This document shows positions 19,801 through 30,000 of a stretch of DNA of 64,000 nt, piece after piece (positions within the stretch are counted from its first letter, which is position 1; each line of letters opens with the position of its first letter). The stretch comes from Acidobacteriota bacterium. Its GTDB lineage: Bacteria > Acidobacteriota > Terriglobia > Bryobacterales > Bryobacteraceae. Position numbers and translations under genes: made by a program. The stretch lies in assembly GCA_038060875.1 (NCBI GenBank), contig JBBTDS010000210.1:37167-101166 (forward strand), given 5' to 3'. A model generated the notes under the pieces. It made no database searches, was not told the DNA's origin, and worked only from the letters and a program-made list of their open reading frames with translations.

Positions 19801-20503
19801 TGTTGGTGCCACTCCTGGTGCTGGCGGTCACCACGACCGGGCTGTTGTATTTGGCCGAGACGTTGTTGCTGCTCACGCTGACTTCCTCGATGGAGTCCAG
19901 ACCCGGCGCCCGGTATTGAGTAGCGCCCCGGGAGCGAGATACCAGCGGCACACCGTCGAGCTGGAAGTCCGTGGAACCGTACCGCTGTCCCCAGACCATA
20001 TACCCCTCACGCTCGACGCCGGGAACCGTCGTAACCACCAAACTGCGGAAATCCCGGCTCGACGGCAACTGGTCGATCTGGGTGCGGTCGATGACATAGC
20101 TCATGGTGGAATCGGCCATGTTGACCAGTGGGGCGCTCTCCGAGACGACGGTGACAGTGTCAGACACCTCGCCCACTGCGAGGTGGACATCCAGGCGCGT
20201 CCGGTCGCTGGCACGCAGCTCAATCGGGCCGCGCTCGAACGCCCTGAAACCGGGATGCTCTACCCGGAGGCGATAAACGCCGGGCGCAAGATAAGGAACC
20301 AGGTAGTTCCCTTCGCTGTTGGACTCAGTTGTTGATCTGACCCCCGTCGTTGTGTTGACCACCACCGCCTTAGCGCCGACGACCACGGCGCCCGATGGGT
20401 CGGTGATCACACCCAGCAGCGTGGCCCGGGCATCCTGGGCGTACCCGGATACCACCGCCACCAGCAAGCTTGCGGTTGCGATACAGATGCGCGCCAGACT
20501 CAT
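16826..20503 (-). CDS. TonB-dependent receptor T3 (singleton type)
   Basis: 1225-aa ORF with ATG 20503, 7 nt after the T4 stop. Signal peptide followed by AQDARATLLGVITDPSGAVVVGAKAVVVN (CarboxypepD_reg-like). The C-terminus is ...FTARLLW. Confidence 0.85.
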   Translation of the reverse strand: MSLARICIATASLLVAVVSGYAQDARATLLGVITDPSGAVVVGAKAVVVNTTTGVRSTTESNSEGNYLVPYLAPGVYRLRVEHPGFRAFERGPIELRASDRTRLDVHLAVGEVSDTVTVVSESAPLVNMADSTMSYVIDRTQIDQLPSSRDFRSLVVTTVPGVEREGYMVWGQRYGSTDFQLDGVPLVSRSRGATQYRAPGLDSIEEVSVSSNNVSAKYNSPVVVTASTRSGTNSLHGSLFETHSNSRVGGARRREASNALAAYANRAQYGGSAGGPVLLPKIYNGRNRTFWFFAYERDQRVSNSDVNYSVPTEAMRNGDFSGLVNSSGQSITIYDPWTTNPTTFQRRPFMNGGRRNVIDPGRMSPLWKQLMDVTPKPTLPGVNPLIASNWYGNARQLDNSWTLAARLDHRFSERDTVYARYSNGYTLSDQPFSLPLLTNSANRSPFIAPSQSLALSWVRTFSPTLFNEVLATIYRQAFYQGTDPDAPVDWAARLGLPNPLGRKQWPDILSLGLNGTQYRTVYPNADKSTFYQIDDNLTKVVGRHQLTMGVHFRRDLINYLAQQQQVAGQESPVANWTALWDPAGTAASPRTTPLTGHQIASSYLGQMNYSMLTIPGYFYMRENQYAAYFQDNFKVTRRLTLNLGLRWQASPAIHEKYGNITGLDLAQKAIVLTQPLDRYYQINPVMAPAVARLQSLGVTFVDHKPAGLPQNLIFGNWKNFAPRLGFAYQTSGGNRPLVVRGGYSLVYVTTPMKTLVDNFSVGIPFRSNPIYAPDSVGYYPDGRPGWSMRSVPTYVAGQNTRNVLDNPGGSLGLTAGALTGAFIDPHYPDARVHDWNLTLEKEVRFKTLVRVGWVGNHAAYLDAVRNINPQPSFFIWASNVGTPYPTSAGASRPYDAIYGDIRESGKYGYSNFTGLQFEVKRHYSEGIGYQVFYVISNASSLGLIDDQGTQGTLLPATSYLDSQVAGLNQPQIERLVFYSREAYNNRVPRQRLSWNWVADVPVGKGKLLGRNMHGVLDALAGGWQISGVGSWRTNWFALPDSQFPTGNPFEIYGRKYPIQDCRSGGCLSGFLYHNGYINPAQINSVDARGNPNGIMGVPGNYKPAFQPLIPFPATPLPNDPNAPYYGTNTVFIPLKDGTVFRGTWGGIAPLQNQYVEGPGLWTLSSSLFKSFPIHERMRLRIQWDLFNPTNSPQQPASVNSQGIRYTYLSGASARSMQFTARLLW

Positions 20504-20510
20504 GATACCC

Positions 20511-23500
20511 TCAGAATGCCATCTTCAGCGACATCTGCCAGATCCGCGGCACGTCGGCCCGCGAGATCGACCCGAACGCGCCGCTCGTCGGGCTCGTGTT
20601 TGGACCGTACATGTTCGGATGGTTCCAGGCGTTGATGCACTCCGCGCGGAACTGCGCCTTCAACTTCTCGGTTATCCTGAAGTTCTTGATGGCCGAAAAA
20701 TCCCACCGTGCCTGGCCATCGGCCCGGATGCCGCTGAACCGCAGCGGTGAGACCCTGATGTTGCTCGCCAACTGCTGCGCGCTGTTGCGGTTGAAGCCGG
20801 CGTCCACATTGAACCAGCGCTCCAGGGTGCGCTGCTTCTTGGGCAGATTGATGCTATTCGGATTGCCGGTGAACAGCGTCCAGACGTCGCCAAAGCCGAG
20901 CGGCGGCCCGCTCTGGCGCTGCACCAACCCGTTGAGCTGCCAGCCGCCGGCAAAGAACTCGATCGGTTTCGGCAGATGCGAGCCGAAACGCCTGCCCCGC
21001 CCGAAGGGCAACTCCCAGATGCCGCTCATCACCACGCGGTGCGTGCGGTCGAGACTCGATATGGATTCGTACGGCCGCGGGTCGGTGGGATTCAAAAGCT
21101 CCACCGCCTCCATGCCCTTCGACCAGGTGTAAGACAACTGGAACGTGTAGCCGCGCGAAAAACGTCTCTCGCTTCGAACCTGAAGCGAGTGATACCACGA
21201 GTAGCCGATCGGCGCCGTCATCGACACCCCGCCGAACTGCGAATAGGGGACCAGCAAGCCGGCGCGGGAGATGTTCGCGCCGTAGATCGGATTGGTACCG
21301 CGCATCGGGTTCGGAAACTGCTGGCTCACGAAGTTGATGGTCTGCTGATCGCGAACCGGCGACCTGCTCAGGTATTGGGCTGGTGTGGCGTTCAGATTCC
21401 GGTTCACGTCGATGCGCGTTCCACGGTTCCCGACGTACGATGCCTCGACCAGGAACTGTGCCGGCAGCGCCTGCTGAATGCCAAAGGACCACCTCTGCGC
21501 GTACGGGTGCTTACGCTTGGCCGGAAAGAAGCTGATCGATTGGCCGAGATTGGTTGACAGGCCGCCGGCAGCTCCGAGCGGGGCAAGCAGCCCGGCAGGA
21601 AACGGGTCCGCCGTCGTGGCGATGAAGGTAAGGCCACTGTCGAGTGTGGCCTGAATCGGCGTTGACTGGCTGAAGCCGGTCTGAATCGAATCCAGGCTGT
21701 TGACTCCGATCGTATTGAAGAAAAGACCGTAACCTCCGCGCAGAACGGTTTTCGGCAGCAGTTGCCAGGCGAAACCCACGCGAGGCATGAAGTTGTTCTT
21801 TTCGCCCTCCCAAAACGTGCGTGGGTTCCCATCGGCGTTCGCGAAGGTCAGGCCGCCCCGCACCTTGAACTCGCTCAGGGGAAGCTCGGGAATCGGACTG
21901 GCCGCATAATTGGCTCGGGCCTGGGCTTCGATCGGGCTCGGCTTATCGAACGCGAAGTGCGCTACCGAGCGGTTGAACCTCTCCGTAACCGGCGTCTCCA
22001 GCTCGTAGCGCAGCCCAAGGTTGACGGTCAACTTGGCGCTGACCTTGAAATCATCGTGAAGGAACAGGCCGAGGTACTTGTCCTGCTCGGCTTTGCTCGT
22101 GGTCCGAACCATCTGCCCGCCGGGAATCCCGAGCAGGAGGGCCGCGAGTTCGCCGCCCACCGGTGGCGCCGGGGAGTTGTCGAAGGGGCCGCGCGTGTAG
22201 GCGCTCGAGAAGACCAGTTGCGGCGCCACTTCCAGCGGACGCTGGTTCTGATACTCGCGGTAAACACGGAATTCCGCGCCGAAACGCAGGCTGTGATCTC
22301 CCAGGAGCCGGGTGAAATTCCCATGGAAAGAGTGGACCTGGGAAGAGAATGTCCCGTCTCCTCCGCTCACCCAGCCTCCCAGCGGCTGCAAGACGCCGAC
22401 CTGCACGTTCGGAAACGCGGTGAGCTTCTTGTCGGGAATGAGGCTGAGCAGCCGGGGAGAGAAGCCGAGCGAGGCCAGGTCGAAACCGCGGGTGGCCCGG
22501 CCGTGGTCGAAGTTCATCTGCGTCAGCCCGTACCGGAAATTGAACAGGAAAGACGGGGTGAAGACATACACGTCATCGAACGCGACGCTGCGGATGTCGC
22601 GATCTCCGATCGTGCGGGTGACGTCGGTGCGGGGGTCGGCAATACGGCCCAAAACGAAGACGCGGTTTTCGTCCTCCATGTAATAGTCCTTGCTGAGACG
22701 CGCGTAAATGCGGTGGTTCGGGTTGAATGCGTGATCGACCCGGGCTAGGTGCACCCAGCCGTCGAAGTTGGCGAGACCGTCGTTGAACCAGTTGTTCTGG
22801 TGATCGCGCGTACCGGGCTGATTCGGTCTGGGCCAGTACTCCAAGATGTTCCGCGCAACCGGAACGAGGCGATTCGGCGGGATGATGTTTCCAGGGAACG
22901 GGAGGCGGCTGAATCGCCCGCCTGGCGCCGATGTGGTTGTTGCCGGGTCGTACACCTGGTAAGTCGATCCCAGCCCGAGCAGTTCGGAGAGGTCGCCTTT
23001 CCGCATGGCATCGGTGGGAACGGTGCGGAGGAAGTTGATCGGGATGTTGAACTTGTCCGCCTCCCAGGCGTAGAACCAGAAGCTTTTGTTCTTGCCGTTG
23101 TAGACCTTGGGAATCCGCACAGGCCCGCCGCCGGACAGGCCATAGCGGTTGTCCTGGTACACGGGAGGTTTCAAGCCCGAACGGTTCTGGAACGTATTCG
23201 CAGCGTTGAAGATTCGGTTCTGTACAACCCAGTGGGCCTCGCCGTGATACTCGTTGGCGCCGCTCTTAGTGCTGACGTTCAGCAGCGCGCCCATCGTATG
23301 CCCGACGCTGGCGTCAAACGACGTGGTTTGGACTTTGAACTCGCTGATCGCCGTGGATGGCGGGACCAGCGCCACGCGCGAGGTGACCGCTCCGGATCCC
23401 CCGTAGGACTGCGTGTTGGTGACGCCGTCCACCGTGAAGTCGTTGTTCCACAACCCGGCGCCGTCTGCGGCGAACGAAGAGGCCGAGCCAATCTGGTTCG

Positions 23501-24017
23501 TTTTCCGGATGCGCAGGTCAGTCGTGTTAATGGTGCCTGGCGCCAAGTGCACCAGGTCCATCGGGCTGCCCCCGTAAACCGGCAACTCGACGAGACGCCG
23601 CTCGTCCACCACCTGGCCCAGCGAGGCTTCCGCGGTGCTCAGCAATGGCGTCTCCGCTTTCACCTCGATCGACTCGGAAGTGTCACCCAGTTGCATCGGG
23701 ATATTCACCTCCACCGAGTCGCCGACGCGCACCTGGATGCCTTCGCGGACGAACCGCTTGAACCCGGTCATCTCCGCCTGGAGCGTGTAAGTGCCGGGCA
23801 GCAGGTATGGCAACATAAAGTTGCCGGCTTCGTTACTCCTGGCAGCGGCGGAAACGCCGGTGGCGGCATTGGTCACGCGGACGCCGGTGCCGACAACGAC
23901 GGCCCCGCTGGGATCGGTGACCCGGCCCAGAATGCTGCCGCGCGCGTCCTGTGCGCACAGCGCAACCGGCAACAGGACAGCGGCCAGAGCCGCCATCCGG
24001 ATATGTCGAGCAGTCAT
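20511..24017 (-). CDS. TonB-dependent receptor T4 (group A)
   Basis: The start is set at ATG 24017 (MTARHIRMAALAAVLLPVALCAQDARGS), preceded by AGGAAG. The ORF-track extension to 24191 reads through a ceramidase-like fossil. The C-terminus is ...MSLKMAF. Confidence 0.9.
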   Translation of the reverse strand: MTARHIRMAALAAVLLPVALCAQDARGSILGRVTDPSGAVVVGTGVRVTNAATGVSAAARSNEAGNFMLPYLLPGTYTLQAEMTGFKRFVREGIQVRVGDSVEVNIPMQLGDTSESIEVKAETPLLSTAEASLGQVVDERRLVELPVYGGSPMDLVHLAPGTINTTDLRIRKTNQIGSASSFAADGAGLWNNDFTVDGVTNTQSYGGSGAVTSRVALVPPSTAISEFKVQTTSFDASVGHTMGALLNVSTKSGANEYHGEAHWVVQNRIFNAANTFQNRSGLKPPVYQDNRYGLSGGGPVRIPKVYNGKNKSFWFYAWEADKFNIPINFLRTVPTDAMRKGDLSELLGLGSTYQVYDPATTTSAPGGRFSRLPFPGNIIPPNRLVPVARNILEYWPRPNQPGTRDHQNNWFNDGLANFDGWVHLARVDHAFNPNHRIYARLSKDYYMEDENRVFVLGRIADPRTDVTRTIGDRDIRSVAFDDVYVFTPSFLFNFRYGLTQMNFDHGRATRGFDLASLGFSPRLLSLIPDKKLTAFPNVQVGVLQPLGGWVSGGDGTFSSQVHSFHGNFTRLLGDHSLRFGAEFRVYREYQNQRPLEVAPQLVFSSAYTRGPFDNSPAPPVGGELAALLLGIPGGQMVRTTSKAEQDKYLGLFLHDDFKVSAKLTVNLGLRYELETPVTERFNRSVAHFAFDKPSPIEAQARANYAASPIPELPLSEFKVRGGLTFANADGNPRTFWEGEKNNFMPRVGFAWQLLPKTVLRGGYGLFFNTIGVNSLDSIQTGFSQSTPIQATLDSGLTFIATTADPFPAGLLAPLGAAGGLSTNLGQSISFFPAKRKHPYAQRWSFGIQQALPAQFLVEASYVGNRGTRIDVNRNLNATPAQYLSRSPVRDQQTINFVSQQFPNPMRGTNPIYGANISRAGLLVPYSQFGGVSMTAPIGYSWYHSLQVRSERRFSRGYTFQLSYTWSKGMEAVELLNPTDPRPYESISSLDRTHRVVMSGIWELPFGRGRRFGSHLPKPIEFFAGGWQLNGLVQRQSGPPLGFGDVWTLFTGNPNSINLPKKQRTLERWFNVDAGFNRNSAQQLASNIRVSPLRFSGIRADGQARWDFSAIKNFRITEKLKAQFRAECINAWNHPNMYGPNTSPTSGAFGSISRADVPRIWQMSLKMAF

Positions 24018-24034
24018 GATAAGACTTCCTGGTA

Positions 24035-24056
24035 GGGGCGAGGCATGCCTCGCCCC
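24035..24056. other. perfect 22-nt palindrome GGGGCGAGGCATGCCTCGCCCC
   Basis: Read directly from the sequence. One arm (24032-24046) is identical to the first five codons of cerB (27062-27076, ATGCCTCGCCCCTAC). It could form an 11-bp RNA hairpin between the beta-helix gene and T4. Confidence 0.6.
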
Positions 24057-24190
24057 TACTTCTTGATCCGGACTCGTGCGACCAGTTGATGCACCTTCCG
24101 GATGATTGTTTCCTCGATCGACGGTGCGACCGGGCCGGGCAGCCGGGCGCCGACGGCCGCGCCTCCGGTCTCTAACGACCGGCTCATGCA
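24056..24190 (-). pseudogene. 3' fossil of a ceramidase-like gene (last ~40 codons)
   Basis: The minus strand translates to GGAAVGARLPGPVAPSIEETIIRKVHQLVARVRIKK*, colinear with the C-termini of cerA and cerB. There is no upstream coding continuation. Confidence 0.65.
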
Positions 24191-24208
24191 CACTCCGAAC
24201 GCAGTTGG

Positions 24209-25699
24209 TTAGCGCTGCTCATTGAGGACGACGTTCACCACAGTATCCTGGCCTGGCTGGACGCGCAGGCCGACGATCTCCGGATCATAACCGGGTTTCA
24301 TGACAACCGCAAAACGTGCCGCCTCGGCCACCTCGGGAAACCGGAAGCGGCCGGCGGCGTCGGTGGCCGCCTCGCGTTCCCCAACCGAAACCTTCGCCTC
24401 GGCCACAAGCCTCCCGGCGCCGTCGGTCACGGTGCCTTCGACGCCGCCGAACCCAAAGCTCCGGGGCCGCCACTCCGGCCAGTTCAACACCCCGTCCACG
24501 CCCATCTCCTGTAACCACGGGATGGCCGGCGGCGGGTCGCGGCCGGCGCGGGTTTCGGGTACCAGTTGGCCCTCGATCGTGATGTTCTCGGCCCTGCCCA
24601 GCGAGTACTTGAAGTACAGATGCGCATCCAGGTCGAGGAATGTGTTCTCCGCCACCTGGATATCGTGCGGCATGGCGTCCTCCACCGGGATGCCGTTATG
24701 GGTGCCGTAAGCGATCGAGATGGCGACGCGCTGCCGGAAGGTCTTGGCCGTCCAGATGTTGCGGAAGAGATTGGCGCAGATCAGACCCGAGCCGTCGCGG
24801 ATGCCGATCGGGTTCCGGAGGTTCTCGAAGATGTTGCCCTCCACGACAAAGGTCCCGTCCATGCCGGGGTGAGTGTCCACCGCGGCAAGCTGGTAAGTGG
24901 TCTGGTCGTCGTCGTGGACGTGATTGCGAATGAACTCCCAATGGGTCTTTCGTCCGGGCCTGTGGAGATAGATTCCCACCCGCGGGGGGCTGCTCCAGTC
25001 CAGGTTGCCGTTGGTGGCGATCGAATGGCGGTTCTGACTGAACTCGTTGTCCGTCATGAGGACGTAGGCGCCGGAGTAGATGGCGACGCCGTAGCCGAGG
25101 CCCTCGCGCAGATTGTGGTGAATAGAGCAATGATCGACCTGCGCGGTGGCCTCGCTGGAGAAGTTCGTAGCATAGGAGAAGCCGAACAGCTCGCAGTGGT
25201 CGATGCGCACGTTCAGCCGGCCGCCGACGTTAATTCCGTAAGTGTCGTTGGTGTCGCTCGGGCTGGTGTCGGCGCCCTGCAGTTTCATGCGCGTGAAACG
25301 AAGGTTGTCGCCCCTCGCGTCGAACAGCATCGTGCGCCTGGTTCCGGCGCGGACGAGCGTTTGCGAGCCCTCGCCGAGAACAGTGAAGCCCTCGGGCACC
25401 CGCACGGTGGTCTCGAAGACGTATTCGCCCGCCGGCAGGAAAACGACCGGAAGGCCCGCGGCGGCGGCGCGCTGGATCGCCTCCTGCACGCCCGCCGCCG
25501 TACGCCCCTCGACGGGGATGCGGGCGGCGAACAGCTCTTTGTCCAGATCGCTCCAGGGCGCATCCGGACCGACGGGGGCGCGCGGCCCGACGGCCGGTGT
25601 CTTCGACTCTGCAGCCGAGATGGAAGCGGCCCCCGCGGCCAGCGCCCAGAGCATCCAGGGCGAGGCCCAGGCCGCCATCCGGATGCAGTTAGCAGTCAT
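24209..25699 (-). CDS. exported right-handed beta-helix protein with C-terminal carboxypeptidase-regulatory-like domain
   Basis: 496-aa ORF with a signal peptide (WMLWALAAGAASISA). Repetitive beta-helix-like segments (NVRIDHCELFG.., HCSIHHN.., TDNEFSQNRHSIATNG). The C-terminus GVEGTVTDGAGRLVAEAKVSV...GRFRFPEV...KPGY looks like a CarboxypepD_reg fold. Confidence 0.65.
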   Translation of the reverse strand: MTANCIRMAAWASPWMLWALAAGAASISAAESKTPAVGPRAPVGPDAPWSDLDKELFAARIPVEGRTAAGVQEAIQRAAAAGLPVVFLPAGEYVFETTVRVPEGFTVLGEGSQTLVRAGTRRTMLFDARGDNLRFTRMKLQGADTSPSDTNDTYGINVGGRLNVRIDHCELFGFSYATNFSSEATAQVDHCSIHHNLREGLGYGVAIYSGAYVLMTDNEFSQNRHSIATNGNLDWSSPPRVGIYLHRPGRKTHWEFIRNHVHDDDQTTYQLAAVDTHPGMDGTFVVEGNIFENLRNPIGIRDGSGLICANLFRNIWTAKTFRQRVAISIAYGTHNGIPVEDAMPHDIQVAENTFLDLDAHLYFKYSLGRAENITIEGQLVPETRAGRDPPPAIPWLQEMGVDGVLNWPEWRPRSFGFGGVEGTVTDGAGRLVAEAKVSVGEREAATDAAGRFRFPEVAEAARFAVVMKPGYDPEIVGLRVQPGQDTVVNVVLNEQR

Positions 25700-25720
25700 G
25701 GTGAGACCTTCTGGTAAACC

Positions 25721-27076
25721 TTACTTCTTGCTCCGAACTCGAGCGACGAGTTCATGTACCTTGCCAACAATCGTCTCCTCCACCGACGGCGCGAACGGCC
25801 CGGGCAGCCTGGCGCCGATCGTGGCGCCTCCCCCCTCGTAACCTCCCTCCTGGAGCACCCGCAGCGACGGGATGTAAGCGAACACGTCGTTGCTGTAGCC
25901 GGCCACCCAAGACCTCTCCGCGCCGAGTTCTCTTTTCAGCCGCAGCGCGTAATCGACCACCGGCTCGCCGGCCAGGGCGATCAACGTAAGATCCTGGCCA
26001 AACTGCCAGACCTGGAGTGGAAAGGGATAGTCCGCGGGCAAGCGGCCGTGCTGGTCCAGCATTTTGAGCAACTCCTGCGCGTGGCGCCGCACGGCCGGGT
26101 CTTTGTCCTGGAGGCGCCTTTCGAGTTCCGCCCGGCTGGGCGGCCGCGCGAACGCCACCGGGAAGACCTCGAAAGCCGGTATCAACGGGTTTCGCAGCGA
26201 GGCCAAGGACTCGCCCATCGCCTTATCCACTGCCGCCGCCAGCGTCTCACCATAGTTGCGGGCGTGCTCCACGGTTCCACGCGGATGGGCCATGATGTCG
26301 CCGCCGCAACCGGCGAGGAAGAACGCCACCGCGTCCGGATGCCGCTCTTCCAGCCACTGCTGCGCAAAGCCCGGGTAGTCTCCGTTGAACTGGTAGACCT
26401 GGGCCAGGACGGCTGACGCGTGGCAGGCGTAGCCGAACACCACGCCCCGTAATCGTCCCCGCTCGGAGTCCACGCGCAGCAGCGGCACGTCAAGATCGAC
26501 CGGACCGTCCGGGTTCGGAACAAACGAGACGATGCCCTTCTCGGTCATTCTCCGCCGGTTCACGGCGAAACCGACCTGGGTGCGGCCGAAGCTGAGCCGG
26601 GCCGGCCGCAGGTCTTTGAGCGCGGCCCCGATGACGGCCACGACCTTACCCTCCACCTCCCGAGTGTACTCCTCCACATCGCGCCACTGCTCCGGGTTCG
26701 TGCAGGAGCTGCCCCAGAACACGATCGGATTGGTGAGTGCCGGCCCGGAGTGCGTATGAGACGAATTCAACATCAGCCGGTCCCGCGACAGCCGGTATTG
26801 CTTCTCCGCCTGATAAGCGATGTTCCGGGCCAGCGCAGCGTTAAAGCCCACCAGGTCGGTGGTTACCAGGACGGCGGGCCTTCCGGAACGGTCCTCTAAC
26901 GCCAGCGCCTTGGCGTAGAGATCGTGGACAGAGCCTTCGGACAGCTTTGTTCGCGCTCCGAAGCCCACCATACACAGCGGCTTGCGGGGCGTGATGGCGA
27001 CCTTGGCGACGCCAGCTTTCCAATCCGCGCCGAGGGCGAGCGCGAAGGCGAACAGACACCAGTAGGGGCGAGGCAT
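25721..27076 (-). CDS. neutral/alkaline ceramidase N-terminal-domain-like exported hydrolase (cerB)
   Basis: 451-aa ORF with ATG 27076, 10 nt after the T5 stop. Colinear with cerA (GVAKVAITP..MVGFGAR..LYAKALALED..SSHTHSGP..IPSLRVLQEGGYEGG). Confidence 0.75.
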   Translation of the reverse strand: MPRPYWCLFAFALALGADWKAGVAKVAITPRKPLCMVGFGARTKLSEGSVHDLYAKALALEDRSGRPAVLVTTDLVGFNAALARNIAYQAEKQYRLSRDRLMLNSSHTHSGPALTNPIVFWGSSCTNPEQWRDVEEYTREVEGKVVAVIGAALKDLRPARLSFGRTQVGFAVNRRRMTEKGIVSFVPNPDGPVDLDVPLLRVDSERGRLRGVVFGYACHASAVLAQVYQFNGDYPGFAQQWLEERHPDAVAFFLAGCGGDIMAHPRGTVEHARNYGETLAAAVDKAMGESLASLRNPLIPAFEVFPVAFARPPSRAELERRLQDKDPAVRRHAQELLKMLDQHGRLPADYPFPLQVWQFGQDLTLIALAGEPVVDYALRLKRELGAERSWVAGYSNDVFAYIPSLRVLQEGGYEGGGATIGARLPGPFAPSVEETIVGKVHELVARVRSKK

Positions 27077-27086
27077 GGCTCGCTCG

Positions 27087-30000
27087 TTAGAACTTCAGCC
27101 ACAGCGACATGATCCAACTGCGGGTGTGGTCCTGGCCGAAGATCATGCCGAAGGTGCTCGAAGTCGGGCTGGTAGTCGGAGCATATACGTTGGGGTGGTT
27201 CCAGGCGTTGACGACCTCGGCGCGGAACTGCAACGTCGCCTTCTCCACCAGCTTGAAACTCTTGATGGCCGCAAAGTCCCAGCGTGCCTGGCCGTCGGCC
27301 CCTAGTCTGTTGAATCGCCAGGGCGAAACCCGGATGTTGCTCCCCAACTGCTGGGCGCTGTTGCGGTTGAACCCGGCGTCGATATTGAACCAGCGGTCCA
27401 CGCTGCGCTGGTTCTTCGGCAGCCGGACGTCATCGGGGTTGCCGGTGAACAGCGTCCAGACGTCGCCCCAGTCCAGCGGCGGGCCGCTCTGGCGCTGCAC
27501 CATGCCGTTGATCTGCCAGCCGCCGGCAACGAAGTCGAGCGCCCGGGGCATGGTCCCGCCGAAGCGCCGCCCGCGGCCGAAGGGCAGCTCCCAGATCCAG
27601 CTCCCCACCAGCCGGTGCGTTCGATCCTGGGCGGAGAGCGATTCGTAAGGCATCGGATCGCTGGCATTCATAAAGCCGGTGGCTTCCATCGTCTTCGACC
27701 AGGTGTAGGACATCTGGAAGGTCCAGCCGTGCGAGAAGCGCTTCTCGCTGCGGACTTGCAGCGAGTGATACCAGGAGTAGCCGATCGGCTCGGTCACGTT
27801 CACGCCGCCGAACTGCGGGTACGGCAACAGCAGCCCGGCGCGCGAGATGTTGCGGCCGTAAATCGGATTCGTGCCGAACAGCGGGCTCGGAAACTGCTGG
27901 CTCAGGTAGTCGATGGTCTTCTGATCGCGCACCGGGGAGCGGCTCAGGTACTGGGCGGGCACGAAATTCAGGTTCCGGGTCACCGGCAGGCGCGTGCCGC
28001 GGTTGCCCACGTAGGAGGCTTCGGCCAGGAACTGGCCCGGCAGCAACTGCTGGAACCCGAACGACCAGCGCTGGGCGTAAGGATGCGTGCGCTTATTCGC
28101 GAAGAAGCTGACCGACTGGCCGAGGTTCGTCGCCAGGCCGCCCTTGGCCCCGAACGGCTCCAGCAGCCCGTTGGGGAACGGATCGGCGGTTCTGGCGATG
28201 TAGGTCTGCCCGCTATCCAGCGAGGCCTGAATGGGCGTGCTCATGCTGAAGCCGGTCTGATTGACGCCGCTCGAGTTGACACCGAGCGAGTCGAAGAACA
28301 GCCCGTAGCCGCCGCGCAGAACGGTCTTGGGCCGAATCTGGTAGGCGAAGCCGATGCGCGGCATCAAGTTGTTCTTCTCGCCTGTCCAGAGGTTGCGCGG
28401 GGTGCCGCCCACGCCGGCAAAGGCCAGCCCGCCACGGACCCGGAACTGGTCCACCGGGAGCTCCGGGATCGGGCTGGCCGCGTAGTTGGCGCGCGCCTGG
28501 GCTTCGATCGGGCTGGGTTGGTCGAAGGCGAAGCCGGCCACCGAACGGTTGAAGCGCTCGGTGATGGGCGACTCCAGCTCGTAGCGCAGTCCCAGGTTCA
28601 ACGTCAGCTTCGGCGTCACCTTCAGGTCGTCGTGAAAGTAGAGGGCCAGGTACTTGTCCTGTTGGGCCAGATTGGCGGAGCGGTTCATGTAGCCGCCGGG
28701 GATGCCCAGCAGGAAGGCGGCCAGCGTGCCACTGACCGGCGGCCCCGGAGAGTTATCCAGCGGGCCGCGCGTGTACGTGTCGGAGAAACTCAGGTACGGC
28801 GTTATGTCGAACGGATAGTAGTTCTCGAACTCGCGGTAGACGCGGAATTCGGTCCCAAACCGGAAGCTGTGCTCGCCGCGCAGCTTGGTGAAGTTGAGGT
28901 TGAAGGAATTGATGACCGTTGACCACTTCCCATCGCTGCGCCCGTTCCAGCTCAGTGGAGTGAGACCGGTGACCACGGTCGGAAACACGGCGTTCTTCTT
29001 GTCGGGAAGCAAGGCCAGGAAGCCGGGCGAGAAGCCCAGCTTGGCCAAGTCGAAGCCGCGGCTGAGGCGGTACTGGGAACCCCACCGGTGGGTGAGCCCG
29101 TAGCGGAAGTTGACAAAGAAGCTGGGGTTCAAGACGTACACGTCGTCGAAGGCGAAGCCCCGCTTGTCCTGATAGAACTGGCCGCCGTCGTAGTCGGAGA
29201 GGAAGGTCTTGTTGGATGTGCTCCAGAAGCCCTCCCGCATGAAGCGCACGTACATGCGGTGATTGGAGCTGAACGCGTGATCGACACGGGCCAGGTGCGT
29301 CCAGACCGGGAACGGACCGGCAAATGTGGTGTAGAAGTTGTTGCGGAACTCGCGCGTGCCGGGCTGGTTGGGCTTGGGCCAGTAATTCAGGATGTTCTTC
29401 GCCACCGTGTCCAGGCGGCTGGGCGGAATGACGTTGTTGGGGATCGGATCGCGGGTGAAGCGCCCGCCCGGCGCCGGCCGCGTGGTGAACGGGTCGTAGA
29501 TCTGGTAGTTCGAGCCCAGCGCCAGGAAGGGCGACAGATCCCCGCGCCGCATCTCGTCGGTGGGCACCGAGCTGATGTAGTCGTAAGGATAGGTGAGCCA
29601 GTTCTTCTCCCAGTTGTAGAACCAGAACGTCTTGTTCTTGCCGTTGTAAAGCTTGGGAAGGATCACCGGCCCGCCCAGGCCGAGGCCGTAGCGCTGGTCC
29701 TGGTAGGCCGGCAGCGTCTGGGCGGTGCGGTTTTGAAAGATGGTGGGCGTGTCGAAGACCCGGTTGCGGAGGATGAAGTGCGCCTCGCCGTGCAGCTCGT
29801 TGGTGCCGCTCTTCAGGCTGAGGTTCACCAGCGCCCCGCTGGTGTGCCCGATGCTGGCGTCGTAGGACGCGCTCTGCACCTTGAATTCGCTCACCGAGGT
29901 CTGCGGCGGAACGAAGACGATCGTCCCGTCCATCGTGTTGGCGACCCCGTCGATGGTGAACTCGTTCTTCATCCTGCCGGCGCCGTCCACCGCGAAATCC

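Noticed and set aside
24035-24056. The palindrome as a CRISPR repeat, att site or IS end.
   Set aside because: There is only a single perfect copy, with no array, no spacers and no adjacent integrase or transposase. It is better explained as a junction of gene fossils or an RNA hairpin.
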